From: Pseudogymnoascus verrucosus
Taxonomy: Eukaryota
Reading direction: 5' to 3' (one strand)
Assembly: GCA_001662655.1 (NCBI GenBank)
Contig: KV460215.1
DNA: 64,000 bases
The notes beneath the pieces are model-generated. The model made no database searches. It was not told the DNA's origin and worked only from the letters and a program-made list of their open reading frames with translations. How positions within the stretch are numbered: position 1 is the stretch's first letter; every line of letters starts with the position of its first letter. Positions 26,023 through 42,052 of the stretch are shown in pieces. Made by a program: the position numbers and the translations under genes.

Positions 26023-27018
26023 ATGGCGACTTCGTACGACTGGGCAACCACCACCTTCGCGGAAGCCACCGCAATCAAGGCCATCGACTCACACACCTAC
26101 GAGGGCAGCTTCCCCCCCGACTGGTCTATTGGCAAAGGTATTTCCTCCCATCCCATCCAGAACCTCACAATCTAACCCCTCTTCCCAGTCCCGAATGGCG
26201 GCATCGTATGCGGCAATTTCCTCGCCGTGGCAAAGCTGCACTTCGATACCACTCTCAAAGCGCAGAACCAACCCCACACCATCGCCTTCCACACCGACTT
26301 CCTGCGCCGGACCCAGGAAGGCCCCTGCCTCTTCAAAGTGACCGACACCAAGCTCGGCCGCCAGACCTCCGTCATCCACATCTCCATGTCTCAGGGCCGC
26401 GAGGAAGTCGTCGCCTATGTCACTCAGTCCAACCTGCACACCGAGGAGGGGCTTTCGCTCGACGCAGGCTTCGAGCTGCACCCTGCGCCGCCGCCGGTGG
26501 ATCTCGTCAAGCTTAAGGAGGGAAAGGATGAGCACTGGGAACGCAGGGCCGAGATGCCGTTTGCGAGTTTCAGGAAGGCGGTTACGAAGTTGCAGTTCCA
26601 CTTCCCGAGGGCCGGGCATCCGCACATTAGTATCGGGGATGAGTGGGTGCGCATGAATACCGGGGAGAATATCACGAACCAGTCGCTGGGGTTCATCGCG
26701 GATATGTTTCCCATGCCCGTGGAGTCGTTCCGGGAGAGGGAGAACCGTGATCCGGAGGCGGCTAAGAAGCCGCTGGGGATCTACTGGTACCCGACGGTGC
26801 TGCTGAATATTGAGTTTAAGAAGATGTTGCCGGAGGAGGGCGTTGAGTGGCTGTTTAGCAGGTGCAAGACGAAGCAGATTAAGAATGGGAGGATGGATTT
26901 GGAGCTTACTATTATGGATGCGGAGGGGGATATTGTGGCGTTGAGCCACCATGTGTGCATGGTGCTGCCGGCGGCGAGGAATGTTGCCCCGAGACGAGAG
27001 GATGGGAGTAAGATATAG
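26023..27018 (+). CDS. Thioesterase (double hot-dog, TesB-like) with PTS1-like C-terminus -SKI
   Basis: SHTYEG..PDWSIGK/VPNGG, FLRRT..GP, ADMFP, YWYPTVLLNIEFKK, GRMDLE; intron about 26138-26188. Confidence 0.85.
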
Positions 27019-27194
27019 ATTAAGAATGGGAGGATGGATTTGGAGCTTACTATTATGGATGCGGAGGGGGATATTGTGTGTGCGGTAGTTTGGCATTTGG
27101 GTGTACATATATAGATGGTACAGGATGTATTTACGAGACAACGTAGAATCACTGGTAGATAATATAATACAGTGGAACTTCGATTTGGGATTAC

Positions 27195-27550
27195 TTAGTA
27201 GAAACGGACGTGAAAATGGGGAAATGGAGGCAGAGTAGAAAGGGACATGAAAATAGGATGTGAAAATGGGGGAACGGGGATAGAAGTAGAAANNNNNNNN
27301 NNNNNNNNNNNNNNNNNNNNNNNNNNNNNNNNNNNNNNNNNNNNNNNNNNNNNNNNNNNNNNNNNNNNNNNNNNNNNNNNNNNNNNNNNNNNNNNNNNNN
27401 NNNNNNNNNNNNNNNNNNNNNNNNNNNNNNNNNNNNNNNNNNNGTAGAAACGGAAGTGAAAATGGGAATGGAAACGGAAGTAGAAGTAGAAATGGAAGCT
27501 AAAGTAGACATGTAAACAGAAATGGGGATGGAAACAGAAGTAGAAATGGT
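27195..27550 (+). repeat. Purine-rich hexamer repeat spanning an assembly gap (N 27293-27443)
   Basis: GTAGAA/GAAATG/GGAAAC units on both sides of 151 Ns. Confidence 0.85.
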
Positions 27551-28907
27551 AGATGACTATGGCTATGACGATGGCAGTAATAGCAATGGTTATAGCTATG
27601 GATAAAAAAAAGAGAGTAGAGTTGGAGATGGCTGTGGCTATGTTGGTAGAGAGTAGAGTCGGAGATGGCTATAGTGACAAGTGACTGTAATATGTAGAAT
27701 GACAGATGTAGACAGTTCGGGAGAGAATGGGGGGGGGGGTAAAGGGAGAGGATGGAGAAGGAGAAGGAGAATTTAAGGGCATCTCTATTTTGCACTTTAG
27801 AGCATGGGCGGTATAAAACTAAAGTTGCATCTTGATCACCCCTCCCCATCTCCCCCATCTCCCCCCTTCGACACACAACCTAAAAAAGGTATAAAAACGC
27901 TCGACACACAACCCGACATCCCTCATCCGCAAGGCTTCCCTAACAATAAAGGAGATCGTTACAAATGCTCTCATGTGGTGCCATAGTCTCGAAGTAAATC
28001 TAGCGTAAGGGCTAGAGCAGAAGGTGCGGGATGCGAGAGACGAGGCGATGGATGCTTCCACCACCACCCCCCGTAACCGTCGTAATGACTTCCTGTCACC
28101 GCCCCCTTTCTTCTCACGATCACGATCACCACTGCCCAGCCTTTACCCCCCCTGCCACCTCCACCGCCAGTAGAAGAGGGGTTCGCGGTTGCCGACATGA
28201 AGCCGTCCATGTGCTCAGTGCCGAAATAGCGTCTCTTGATGAGGGCATTAAGATACTGGGTTTCTATCTTGTTTTTAAGTAGGTGTTTAAACGTGTCGAA
28301 CTGCCTAAGTTGCAGAAACGGGGGCTAAGAGAAACGGAGACTAAGAAACGGCGACAGAGAAATGCAGAGGTGGGAACTGAGATAGAGAATTCAAGACATA
28401 GAAACTTAGAGATATAAACTCAGAGACACAAATGCCGAGACAGAAATCGAGAGAAAGCAACACAGGAGAGAAACGGAGACCGAGACGCAGCAATACAACC
28501 ATCAAGAAGTAGAAACCCAAACCCAAACCCAGCCCCCCAACTCTCCACACCCCTCAACCACTGTAACCCCCTAACCCTCCAACCCCCTCTCCCACACATC
28601 ACACTCACTCAAAAGCGCATTTCAAATTCCGTAAAACATCAATTCATTCACTCCATCTCCATCCTATCTACCTCCTCTCCCTCCCCTCTCTCCCCCTCCC
28701 CACCACCATCGACACACAAACAAACCCACGGAGAAGTCAAGCAAAATTAACAACCCCCCACCCTTGTCGCCGCCCAACGCGAACCCCAAGTTTTCCATAA
28801 AAAAAGACTGCACAAAAAAACGTTGCCCGGCCAGTGCCTACATATCCTTCCTTAAACGCGCAAAAAACACCACCACCTCTCCTCAAATCTAGAGCAAGAC
28901 AGCAGAT

Positions 28908-31382
<2,475 letters not shown>

Positions 31383-32418
31383 TGTACTGTAACTGGGGGC
31401 CCTTAAGCCTGTACGCCGAACAAAGAGGAATTAGTAGATAGCTGAAGAGGAAGACGTGACGGTGGAAGTGTGTAAAAGTTGATTGTAAAGTGAGGAGGCA
31501 GCGGGGGTATTTTGTGTTTATGTATGAAGAAGGTTGAAGGTAAAGAACGAGCCTGCAGGTAATATATGGAGCTGCCCTGGGGTGGCTTTTGAGGAGTTTC
31601 AAAGGGTTCGGGAAGGCTGCTTGGTTGCTTGGGCCGTGCTCGTGCTGTTTTGGTTGCTCAGACGAAGGTAAGGTACATGGAGTTAGTACCTCGTACAAGT
31701 ATTAGAGCCAGGTACCACTAGTTTGGCTGTGTGGTCACCCTGGCAATCAAGACTTTCTTTGTGTGTGAATATTGTGTGTATCTGTTGTATCTGTGTGTCC
31801 GTCTTGTGTCCATCTATCTGTCTCCGCCCTCACCATTAAACCTGCCCTGGCAATTTCTAACTTTAGAGTGGTTTAGAGTGGTTAAAATGTCGTCGTAGTG
31901 GGGAAGGAGTGCTAACTACTCACCAATTAATAGCTAACAAAACCACCTCGTAGTGTGGATGTACTGCTAACTAATCACTCATTAACCACTAACTAAACCA
32001 CCTCGTAGTGGAGAATCTAATGAGATCTAGTGGAGAAGATCCCCAAGCACCACCACACACCGATACTGCATTAGCAGACCTAGAACCAACAGAGTCAACA
32101 AAACCGCCTCACCTCTAGCACGCAGCAATACAGTGCACCTGCAGTAGGAGAATGCACACTAAATACCCCCCTTCCTAATTGACTCCCCTAAACCCCCTAC
32201 ATACCAGTATAACCTCCCTTTCCTTCACTCCTTTAACCCCCATCCCCAGCACGTGTTAACCAAAACAAACCTCCCACCACCTCAACGCCCACGTACCACA
32301 CATAGCTCTAACCCGCCTCACCCCCCCTTCGCCCCTCCACTATCCCCCATCGGTCCTAACCCCCCACCCGGCTTAGTCGAACCGAAGAAACCCAGTTGGC
32401 ATCAGCCACACTCTCCTC

Positions 32419-32428
32419 CTAAAAATAG
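32419..32428. promoter_or_regulatory. Candidate Rlm1/MEF2-type MADS-box site upstream of GFA1
   Basis: CTAAAAATAG is an exact match to CTA(W)4TAG, about 1.04 kb upstream of the GFA1 ATG. Confidence 0.5.
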
Positions 32429-33109
32429 AAACCTGCCAATGCGACAGCAAGCAACTCGGACTTTCAGTTTTTACAGTTATACGGGATTTGGATCTAGTGA
32501 GTTGCCGGGTTGGCCCCTTCCCTGTTCCTGTTACTGGTGTCTGTACGGGGGGGAGGCAAAATGGCATGGGGGGAGATGGGTGCCATGACGACGCCGTGCC
32601 TGGTTCCCGTGCGCTAGGAGAAGGGGGATGGATATATATGGATGGTTGGATGGATGGATACGAGAGGTCAGCGATACGAGGTAGGTCGATCAGGATGTGA
32701 GATATCGTGTATGTCGGCGTGAGCGATTGATAACTGTCCTGTAATGAAGTGATAGACAAGACAAGAGAGTGGGTAGTTAGGTGATCAAGTGCCGGGCTCT
32801 GGGGAAACGGCGGGTTGGATGGTTCTGACAATACTAAGACTACGAGCACTACTGATACTATTAACTACAGTCTGGAAATACCACTTCTAACACTCCTAGC
32901 ACTCCTAACCGTGATGCGAAAACCTATACCTCAACAGCCGATCGATCATTAAGCCCACCACTATATGGGATACAGACGGCCGACGCGGCTCTTCCGTTGA
33001 GGGTCTAGACACACAGAAACTAAGACAACAGACTACACTATCGACTCCCTCCGGCGCGGTGCGATGCGGGATGTATGCACTGTCGATCAGTGTCTAGACG
33101 GTGGTATTG

Positions 33110-33495
33110 CACAGCCACGAATAAAGGGGGAGGGAGGGAGCTTGGTAATGGGAGAACGGAAAAGAGGCCAGAAGAGATGTCAGATCTAGGATAGAAAAAG
33201 CTTGGTATGAGCATAGCCACGAAGAAAAAAGGGGGAGCTTATAATAGAGATGTCATATCGGGATAGAGAAAGCTTGGTATGAACGGACTCTGTAGCATAG
33301 CCACGAAGAAAGGGGAACCGCCCTCCCAAAAAGGGATTGAAGAGGCGAGTAAAGGGTAGAGCTGCTACGAGGCTGAAGTGTGTGGCATAGCCACGAGAAA
33401 AGGGGGGAGAGGCGGGTGAGGCGGCAGATGTCAGATCGTGGGTCGAGAGACTAGTAGACTGGAGTCTGGCATAGCCACGAAAAAAGGGGGAGAGG
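33110..33495. repeat. Degenerate ~85-bp tandem array with conserved GCATAGCCACGA core
   Basis: Core at about 33211, 33295, 33385 and 33469 (partial at 33113), each followed by A-run/G-run; AGATGTCA(G/T)ATC also recurs. Confidence 0.85.
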
Positions 33496-34060
33496 TGGTG
33501 ACGTGCAGGAGACATATCGTCGGTAGCTGTCATGGCCTGCCGTGAGAACCGTGCCTGTACCCCCACGATCCCTAGAAGGGTATCTGAAAGGAACTAGCCA
33601 TCCTTAAAGGCTACGTAGGAAGCTGTCATGCTATACCATCCACCATGGTACCTGAAAGGATTAGGACGACCTGCAAGGAACGAGCCAGTCAGTCCGAAAG
33701 ACGATATAAGAAGCCATGATACCACACCACGCCATCCCCCAAACCAAGCCTCCATACACCCCCCCCCCCCCCCCACACACACACACTACAGACATCATCA
33801 CCACATACACAAACACAAACATCACAAGACCCCCAGCAGTATAGTTCTCTATAATTTCCCATTTCCATGATATTACAGATGATGATGAGCTCGATCGATG
33901 CTTGTTACGCCCGCCCGCCCGCCCCCGTCCTGCCAATACCAATGCCCCGCACGCGCGCCATCCTACAAACGTGAACTGCCCCTGCTTCACCCTCCTTTCC
34001 TCCCCTCTCTATACGCTAGAGCCCAAGCCGAACCTCAACCCTCCCCGTAGCTAGCCTACA

Positions 34061-35428
34061 TTACAGCTTCTGGTACTCGAGCTTGCCCTCCAGCTTCTTT
34101 GATTCCGCGACCTTGCGGACGGCTTTGTTGAAGTCGTCTTGGTTGATTGCGTCGCGGTAGTCGCGGATGGCGAAGAGGCCACTGGGGGGTGACGTCAGTA
34201 TGGTATTTCGGGGGATAACAGGGATAGGGTAGAGGGATAGATAGGGGTCAAACTCACGCCTCGGTAACAACATTCCTCAAATCCGCCCCATTCAACCCAT
34301 CACTCATCTTAACCACACTCTCGAAATCAATCTCCCCCTCCGTCACCACCCCCGCGGCATGAATCTTCATAATCTCCAACCTCCCCACCTCATTCGGCAA
34401 CGGGATCTCAATCTTCCTATCCAAGCGCCCCGCTCTCAGCAAGGCCGGGTCAAGCGTATCCGGACGGTTCGTCGCCATGATGATCTTGGTCTTGCCGAGG
34501 TAATCGAAGCCGTCGAGCTGGTTGAGGAGTTCCATGAGCGTGCGCTGGATCTCGCGGTCGGCGGAGGTGCCCTCGGAGAAGCGGCGCCCGCCGATGGCGT
34601 CGATCTCGTCCATGAAGATGATGCAGGGCTCGTGCTCTTTGGCGTAGCCGAACATTTCGCGGATGAGGCGCGCGGATTCGCCGATGTATTTGTCGACGAT
34701 GGCGGAGGAGACGACTGTGGGGGGTTACGTTAGTAGTGTAAATGGTGAGCAAAGGGTGTTAGGGGGGGATAAGCATACCCTTCAAGAAATTCGTCTCCAA
34801 CCCCGACGCCACCGCCCTCGCCAACAACGTCTTCCCCGTCCCCGGCGGCCCATATAACAACACGCCCTTCGGGGGTTTAATCCCAACTCTCAGGAACAGC
34901 TCCGGGTTCTTGAGCGGTAGCTCGATGACCTCTCTCAGCTCCCTGATCTGCTCGTTCAGTCCGCCGATCCCGCCGAAGCTGACCTGTCCGGGGTCCTCGA
35001 GAGACATGTTGTAGACGAGCGGGTCGACCTCGCGAGGGAGCATGCGCATGATTGTTAGGGTTGTCATGTCGAGCGCGACGCGGGTGCCTTGCTTGAGCTT
35101 CTCCTTGTCGACTTTTGAGCGGCAGCCGACGACGTAGCGGGGGCCTGAGGAGGCCTTTACGATAACTAGAAGGATAGAGTCAGTAAAAGCTAGATTGTAT
35201 GGACCATCAAGAACACGCACATCTCTCATCATCCAACTGCTTCAGGACCTCCCCGATAATCTGCCCTACGCTTTGTAATGCCTTCAGGTTATCCTCAGTA
35301 TGATCATAATCCTTCTGCAACCCCTTGATATCCAACCGCAGCGCCTTTAGCTTAGCCTCCCACTCCCTCGACTCCAGCAGCTTAGTCTTGAAGGAGGAGA
35401 GGGAGTGCTGGCGCGCCTCGTCTGACAT
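34061..35428 (-). CDS. RPT4: 26S proteasome regulatory AAA-ATPase subunit
   Basis: [59 protein letters not shown]-terminal [11 protein letters not shown]; three introns. Confidence 0.95.
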
Positions 35429-36974
35429 GGTGAGGTTGGGCCGGGGTGAGAGCGGTTCGCGGGCTGGGTGTAGCGTGCGTGGCCCTGTGGACGAGCGAGC
35501 TCTGTCTATCCTCCGGGTGTTGATAAGAAAGTAGCGGGCGGTGTCTGAAGTGGGAGAGCAAGGGTAGATCGATTGATCTGAGGTGGTGGGTGAGGGAGTT
35601 GAGGAATTAGGTTGTGATGGTTTGGAAGGCGCGTTGATGCTGGAGAGCTTTGATCACCAAAGGCAACATAGCTCGTTGCGCAGCTCCAGGGACTGCGGTA
35701 AGTGCCGTTCGGGATTAGTGATGGGGTTGGTGCCTGAGGCTGCAATAAGGTTTCGCAATTGACTACGTCACGTGTAGTGTCGTCAATGCTTGATGCCTAA
35801 GGCAACAACTAAAATTCTCAGTCGCCAACGTCACGTGCACACATTTTATAGAATCACAAGATAGAAACACCAGATAGAAAGTCAACCAACCCAGCAACTG
35901 TGCGTGTAATTGCGGGAGAGTAGCCCCCAAACTGACGCCCGGTGGAGCCTCACCGCGAGTAACCGTAGTAGCGCTTCTCACGAGATCAGGTTCTGGGAAT
36001 CCCCCAGGGCGTCATCCCGACTTTCCCCATGTTTTATCCAATCCCGAGGTTGCCCCTCACTGTGCTGCCCTTGTGTGCGGAGAGAGACGGAAGGACTCTG
36101 CCCAATACTATTGCAGTTAATGGGATCGGGATCGTAGATCTTACTTTAGTAGTGGTGTAGCCTTGCGGGAGTTCATATAGAGTATTGCGTAGTTAGCCGT
36201 AGAGTCGGGATCTATATTCGTGACTTTTGGATAGCTTCAATTGTTGATTTACTGCGTAGAAAGAGAGTAGAGAGAGTGATCAGCTTCACGTCTAGACTCA
36301 ACTCACGTGCCTGTACCAGCCAGACAGTTCGTTAATAATGGAAATAGCAATACACGAGTCACAGTCCCGCCTATCACTGGCGAGTCGAATTGTGTAATCT
36401 AAGAGACCTGTCATAAGTTTAACGTGGGATATTTGACTGGCAAGGCTGGCGAGGCTGGCTTGGCTATACTGCCACAGTAAAGAGTAGTAAAGAGTACTTC
36501 CCATCATATGGTATTTCACCAGTATTCTAATGTACTCCCAACCTATGACTGTAGATTTCGTTGCTGTTCCAGCTCGTCGCCCAATGAAAAGCTTTAGAGC
36601 TCCGGCGAGTGTTGGTTGGTGAACCCGACCCCGCCTCGCTCACCTCACCACTCACTCACTCACACTCTCCTAATCTCATCCCACCAAAACAACCATCTGC
36701 CCCTCCAAAAATCAACAAATCATCCTATCCTAGCAAACAAAAACATCAAAGAAGGTACGTCGTCACTATCCCTATCTGCCGCTATATCCCCTCTATATAT
36801 TACTTTTCCTTGAAGAGAGGCATTACGATATCTGTATCCAATCGCTTCGTCACGCCTACCGTATCAGAGAGCTCTGTCGCAGCTTTTGTGACCCCGCCAT
36901 TCCCGCCGCTCCTCTTCGTCATCCACCTATCCTTGCCTACCCATCCGCACCGATACCGCCGAAAAGACGACTAA

Positions 36975-38609
<1,635 letters not shown>

Positions 38610-38887
38610 ATTTGTTGAGCGGTCACATTTTGTTGTGTTCTTGTGAGCGATGGTGGTGGAATGGAATGGAATGGAATGGGGCACGGATATAAAAAGGGGT
38701 ATACTCATATAGTTGCTGCTAGTTATAGCCTTGGACCAATCAAAGATTGTTTAGTTGCTGGTCGATTTAGAAACAGTTGATTCATATGGGGTAGTGGAGA
38801 TTGTACTGTGCTAGTGCCGCCTGAAAGTTTAAAGGGGGATTGTGTATAACGACGGCAATTATGGGAACTGTAAATTGAGGTAACGAT

Positions 38888-39312
38888 ATTCAGTTACTCA
38901 GGTTTACAATCAATACACTGGTCACTCAGTCACTCAGGGCTACAATAAATGAGCCAGTCGCTCAGTCACTCGAGGCTACAATCAATGAGCTAGTCACTCA
39001 GTTACCCAGGGCTATAATCAAGAAGCCAAGTTGCTCAGTTATTCAGGGCTAGTATCAAGAACCTAGTCATTCATAAGGAGTAGTTAAGAGACAGATTCTA
39101 TCAGCAATAAGCCAGTCGCTCAGTCATCCAGGGCTACAATTAATACGCCAGTCGCTCAGTCACTCAAGGTTACAATCAATAAGCTAGCTACTCATGAGGA
39201 GCAGCTAAGACATAGACTCTATTAGCATAAATACCAGTATTAATCCCCAGCAAAGTAGGTAGTATAGTGTAGCCCCTGGCAGACGAGTAGTTATCCTTGA
39301 GTGACTGCTCAT
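38888..39312. repeat. ~36-bp minisatellite (CAGTCGCTCAGTCACTCAGGGCTACAATCAAT) with an inverted terminal copy
   Basis: About 7 degenerate units in 38890-39195; reverse-complement unit GTTATCCTTGAGTGACTG at about 39290; related copy at about 41788-41900. Confidence 0.8.
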
Positions 39313-40010
39313 AACTGCGCAATTCTGCCCAGGAGTAAAATATTGCCTATATTGCCACCTGTAACAAAGATAAGAACAAAAAAACGACACAGGTCGGTTT
39401 TAGAAAAGAGTCATATCATATGCATTCTAAATTCTAAATTCTCACGAATGTAGCCAATACATAGAGCATACAGCATATTTTCGGTGTCGCCGGTAGAATT
39501 TCCTTGTTTCCATTGTGGCAGTGACAATAGAATGACGGTAGAAGTGACATCGGCACGTGTTGGGTTGCAATGGGATTTGTCCTAAATTGTTTGCAGTTAT
39601 ACCAGTTGTGCCCGTCTAAATGGACACGGAGCACTAAAGTCGCAGCCCGATCACTCCCAATAACCCCCGAACTAACTAAATACACTGAACACACTAATTT
39701 CCCATGAAACCCAGCCTGCCACAACTGCGGCAGTGCACACACAAATAAAATGCACCCGCCCTGTCACTCCCCCCCCCAGCAAATAGCCCATAGCCCACCA
39801 GTCCACACCAAAATTGTCCCCCCCCCTCAATCCAAACTCGCGCCTCCCGCTTCAAATAACTATTTCCAAAGAAAGATTCCCTTTTTCCACCCGTAACAAA
39901 CTTTCAAACCACCCAACCTTCCCACAACAAACTATTCACACTCTCGAAATAATCTCTCTGAATCATCGCTCTACTATCGAACAAAGCCAGTCAATTAAAT
40001 AACCGCCATC

Positions 40011-41311
40011 ATGCCTCAAAAGTGGGGTAAGTCATTTTGCGCGTTCCGTGTTCTGTGCAGTGGAAGAAGGTCGTCGTAAAACGCGAACAAAATTCATACA
40101 TTCGCGCACACACAGAGAAAGACAGGGTGCGATCTATATGCGAACCCTCAGGCCGGGCTCAGGATGATGGAAGCCCTCATCCTGTTACCCTGCTGGGTCT
40201 GCAGGCACGTTCTACTCTGGAGTGTATGCAGCGCGGTGCTGGTCGACCCCTAGCGCGGCAGGATCTGTGACGCTCATTCACTGACCGCTACTCTGCCGAA
40301 TATAGACGACGAAGAGGACAACAGCACCCCTCCCTCCTCTCCACCCTCCGGGGCCGTCCAGGCCGTCGGTGTCCCGACCCGCAGGGGCAAATTCGATGAT
40401 GAAGAGAGCGACAGCGATGTAAGTAGTTCCCTGCCTGCCCACTACTACCCACCCCTCCCCCATCCCCGACGATGCCGTCGCCACCACCCACCTCCCACGA
40501 AGCGATGCGATGCTGACGATCCCCCGCTACGCAGGTCCTAGACTCCTGGGATGCAGCCGAGGACTCCGAGGTGGAGCGCGAGAAGGCCCAAGTCGCAGCC
40601 GCGAAGAAGGCCAAGGCCGACGCCGAGGCCGCCGCGAGCAAGAAGTCCAAGGCCCAGCGCGTAGCTGAGCGCATCGCCGCCAAGAAGCTTCTCCTCGAGG
40701 CCGGTGACAGCGATGTCAGCTCCGATGAGGATGAGGGTGACCGCCGCGAGCGCCTTCGTCGCACCGAGCAGGAGGCTGATCTTGCCCACGCTGAGGACCT
40801 CTTCGGTGCTGTAGGCATCAGCAATAACAGACGCCAGAAGACGGCTGCCAACGCCGTTGTCCTCGATGCCCAAGACCCGAGCACGACTGTCGACCTCGCG
40901 AAGTTGCCGCTGTTCGACCCGAAGACCAAGCTGCAGTTTGAGCGCATGCGCGAGACGCTTGTGCCGCTGCTGACGGCCAACGTGTCCAAGGCGCACTATG
41001 TCCTCTTCCTCCAGGAGTTCACCAAGCAGATCGCCAAGGACCTGCCGTCGGACCAGATCAAGAAGGTTGCGAGCGGCCTGACGGCGCTGAGCAATGAGAA
41101 GATGAAGGAGGAGAAGGCTGCGGAGCGCGGGGGCAAGAAGTCGAAGGCGGCGAAGAACAAGGTCGCGCTTACGGCGAGCAGGAATGTCGCTAGCACGGCT
41201 GATGTGAATGCCTATGATGACGACTTTGGAGAGTAAGTCCACCACCCCATCTGGTCCCCATACCAAGATATGATCGATACTAACGTCTCCCGCAGTGACG
41301 ACTTCATGTGA
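40011..41311 (+). CDS. HCR1: Translation initiation factor eIF3 subunit j
   Basis: MPQKW/DDEED..., VLDSWDAAEDSE, EQEADLAHAEDLFG, IKKVAS.LTALSNEK.KEEK, C-terminal DDDFM; introns 40027-40305, 40419-40534, 41233-41295. Confidence 0.92.
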
Positions 41312-42052
41312 ACAACCTCCCCACTAGTCCATTCCTCGCGCACGCGCTCCCCTCCGCTCTCACCCCTCCACCGCCGTCCTTTCGCGCCGCCGTCGCCGAC
41401 GCAACAGCACACGCTGCGTCGGCTTGTCCGCGGCCAGGCTACAAGATATAGGTTGCGGATGCGTGGCGGGGATCAGCTGGGGGATGCTGCGGCGCCTGGG
41501 AATGGCTTTGTGATGGGATTGTTTTGGGGCTGGAGGAGGGATATTAGATAGATAGAAGATTAGGTCTGCTTACGCTGATGGGAGAGGGCCGATTATGATG
41601 AGGCTGCTAATGGGATGCTGGGGAGGTGGATGGGAGGGCTTTATCTATTATTAGATCGATGGGGGTGAAAAGCAATGATTTCTCAATAGTGGATAGATGT
41701 GTGCTTTGCTACTCGTGACGACTGAAGTGTGAGGAACGATTATGTTAACAACCCATGTTCACGGTAACTGTGAGTAAAACAAATGCTCTCAGTCACTCAG
41801 GTCTATAATTGATACAGTACGTCCTTCCAATAAGCCAGTTACCCAGACACAGAGCCAGAGAGAGAGATTCTACCAGCATATATTACTAGTTCCAATTCCC
41901 AGTCATACATACATGGTCTTTTTGGACAGCATATTACAACAGTGCAACTGTATTATAACGGCACTTTATTCTCTAGCTACCGACCCTAACTCCATCCCAT
42001 TGCCACACCCTAACTATCTTACTCTCGACCCCATCCCCTTCTCTCCCCACAC

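Noticed and set aside
27293..27443. Run of Ns
   Set aside because: Assembly gap, not a biological feature.
33110..33495. CRISPR-like appearance (conserved core with variable spacers)
   Set aside because: Eukaryotic context, core only 12 bp, spacers partly homologous to each other, no cas genes.
40100..40290. TPP riboswitch in the eIF3j intron
   Set aside because: Lacks the conserved GCUGAGA and CUUGAU...AAU.CC.GCG motifs, and the host gene is unrelated to thiamine.
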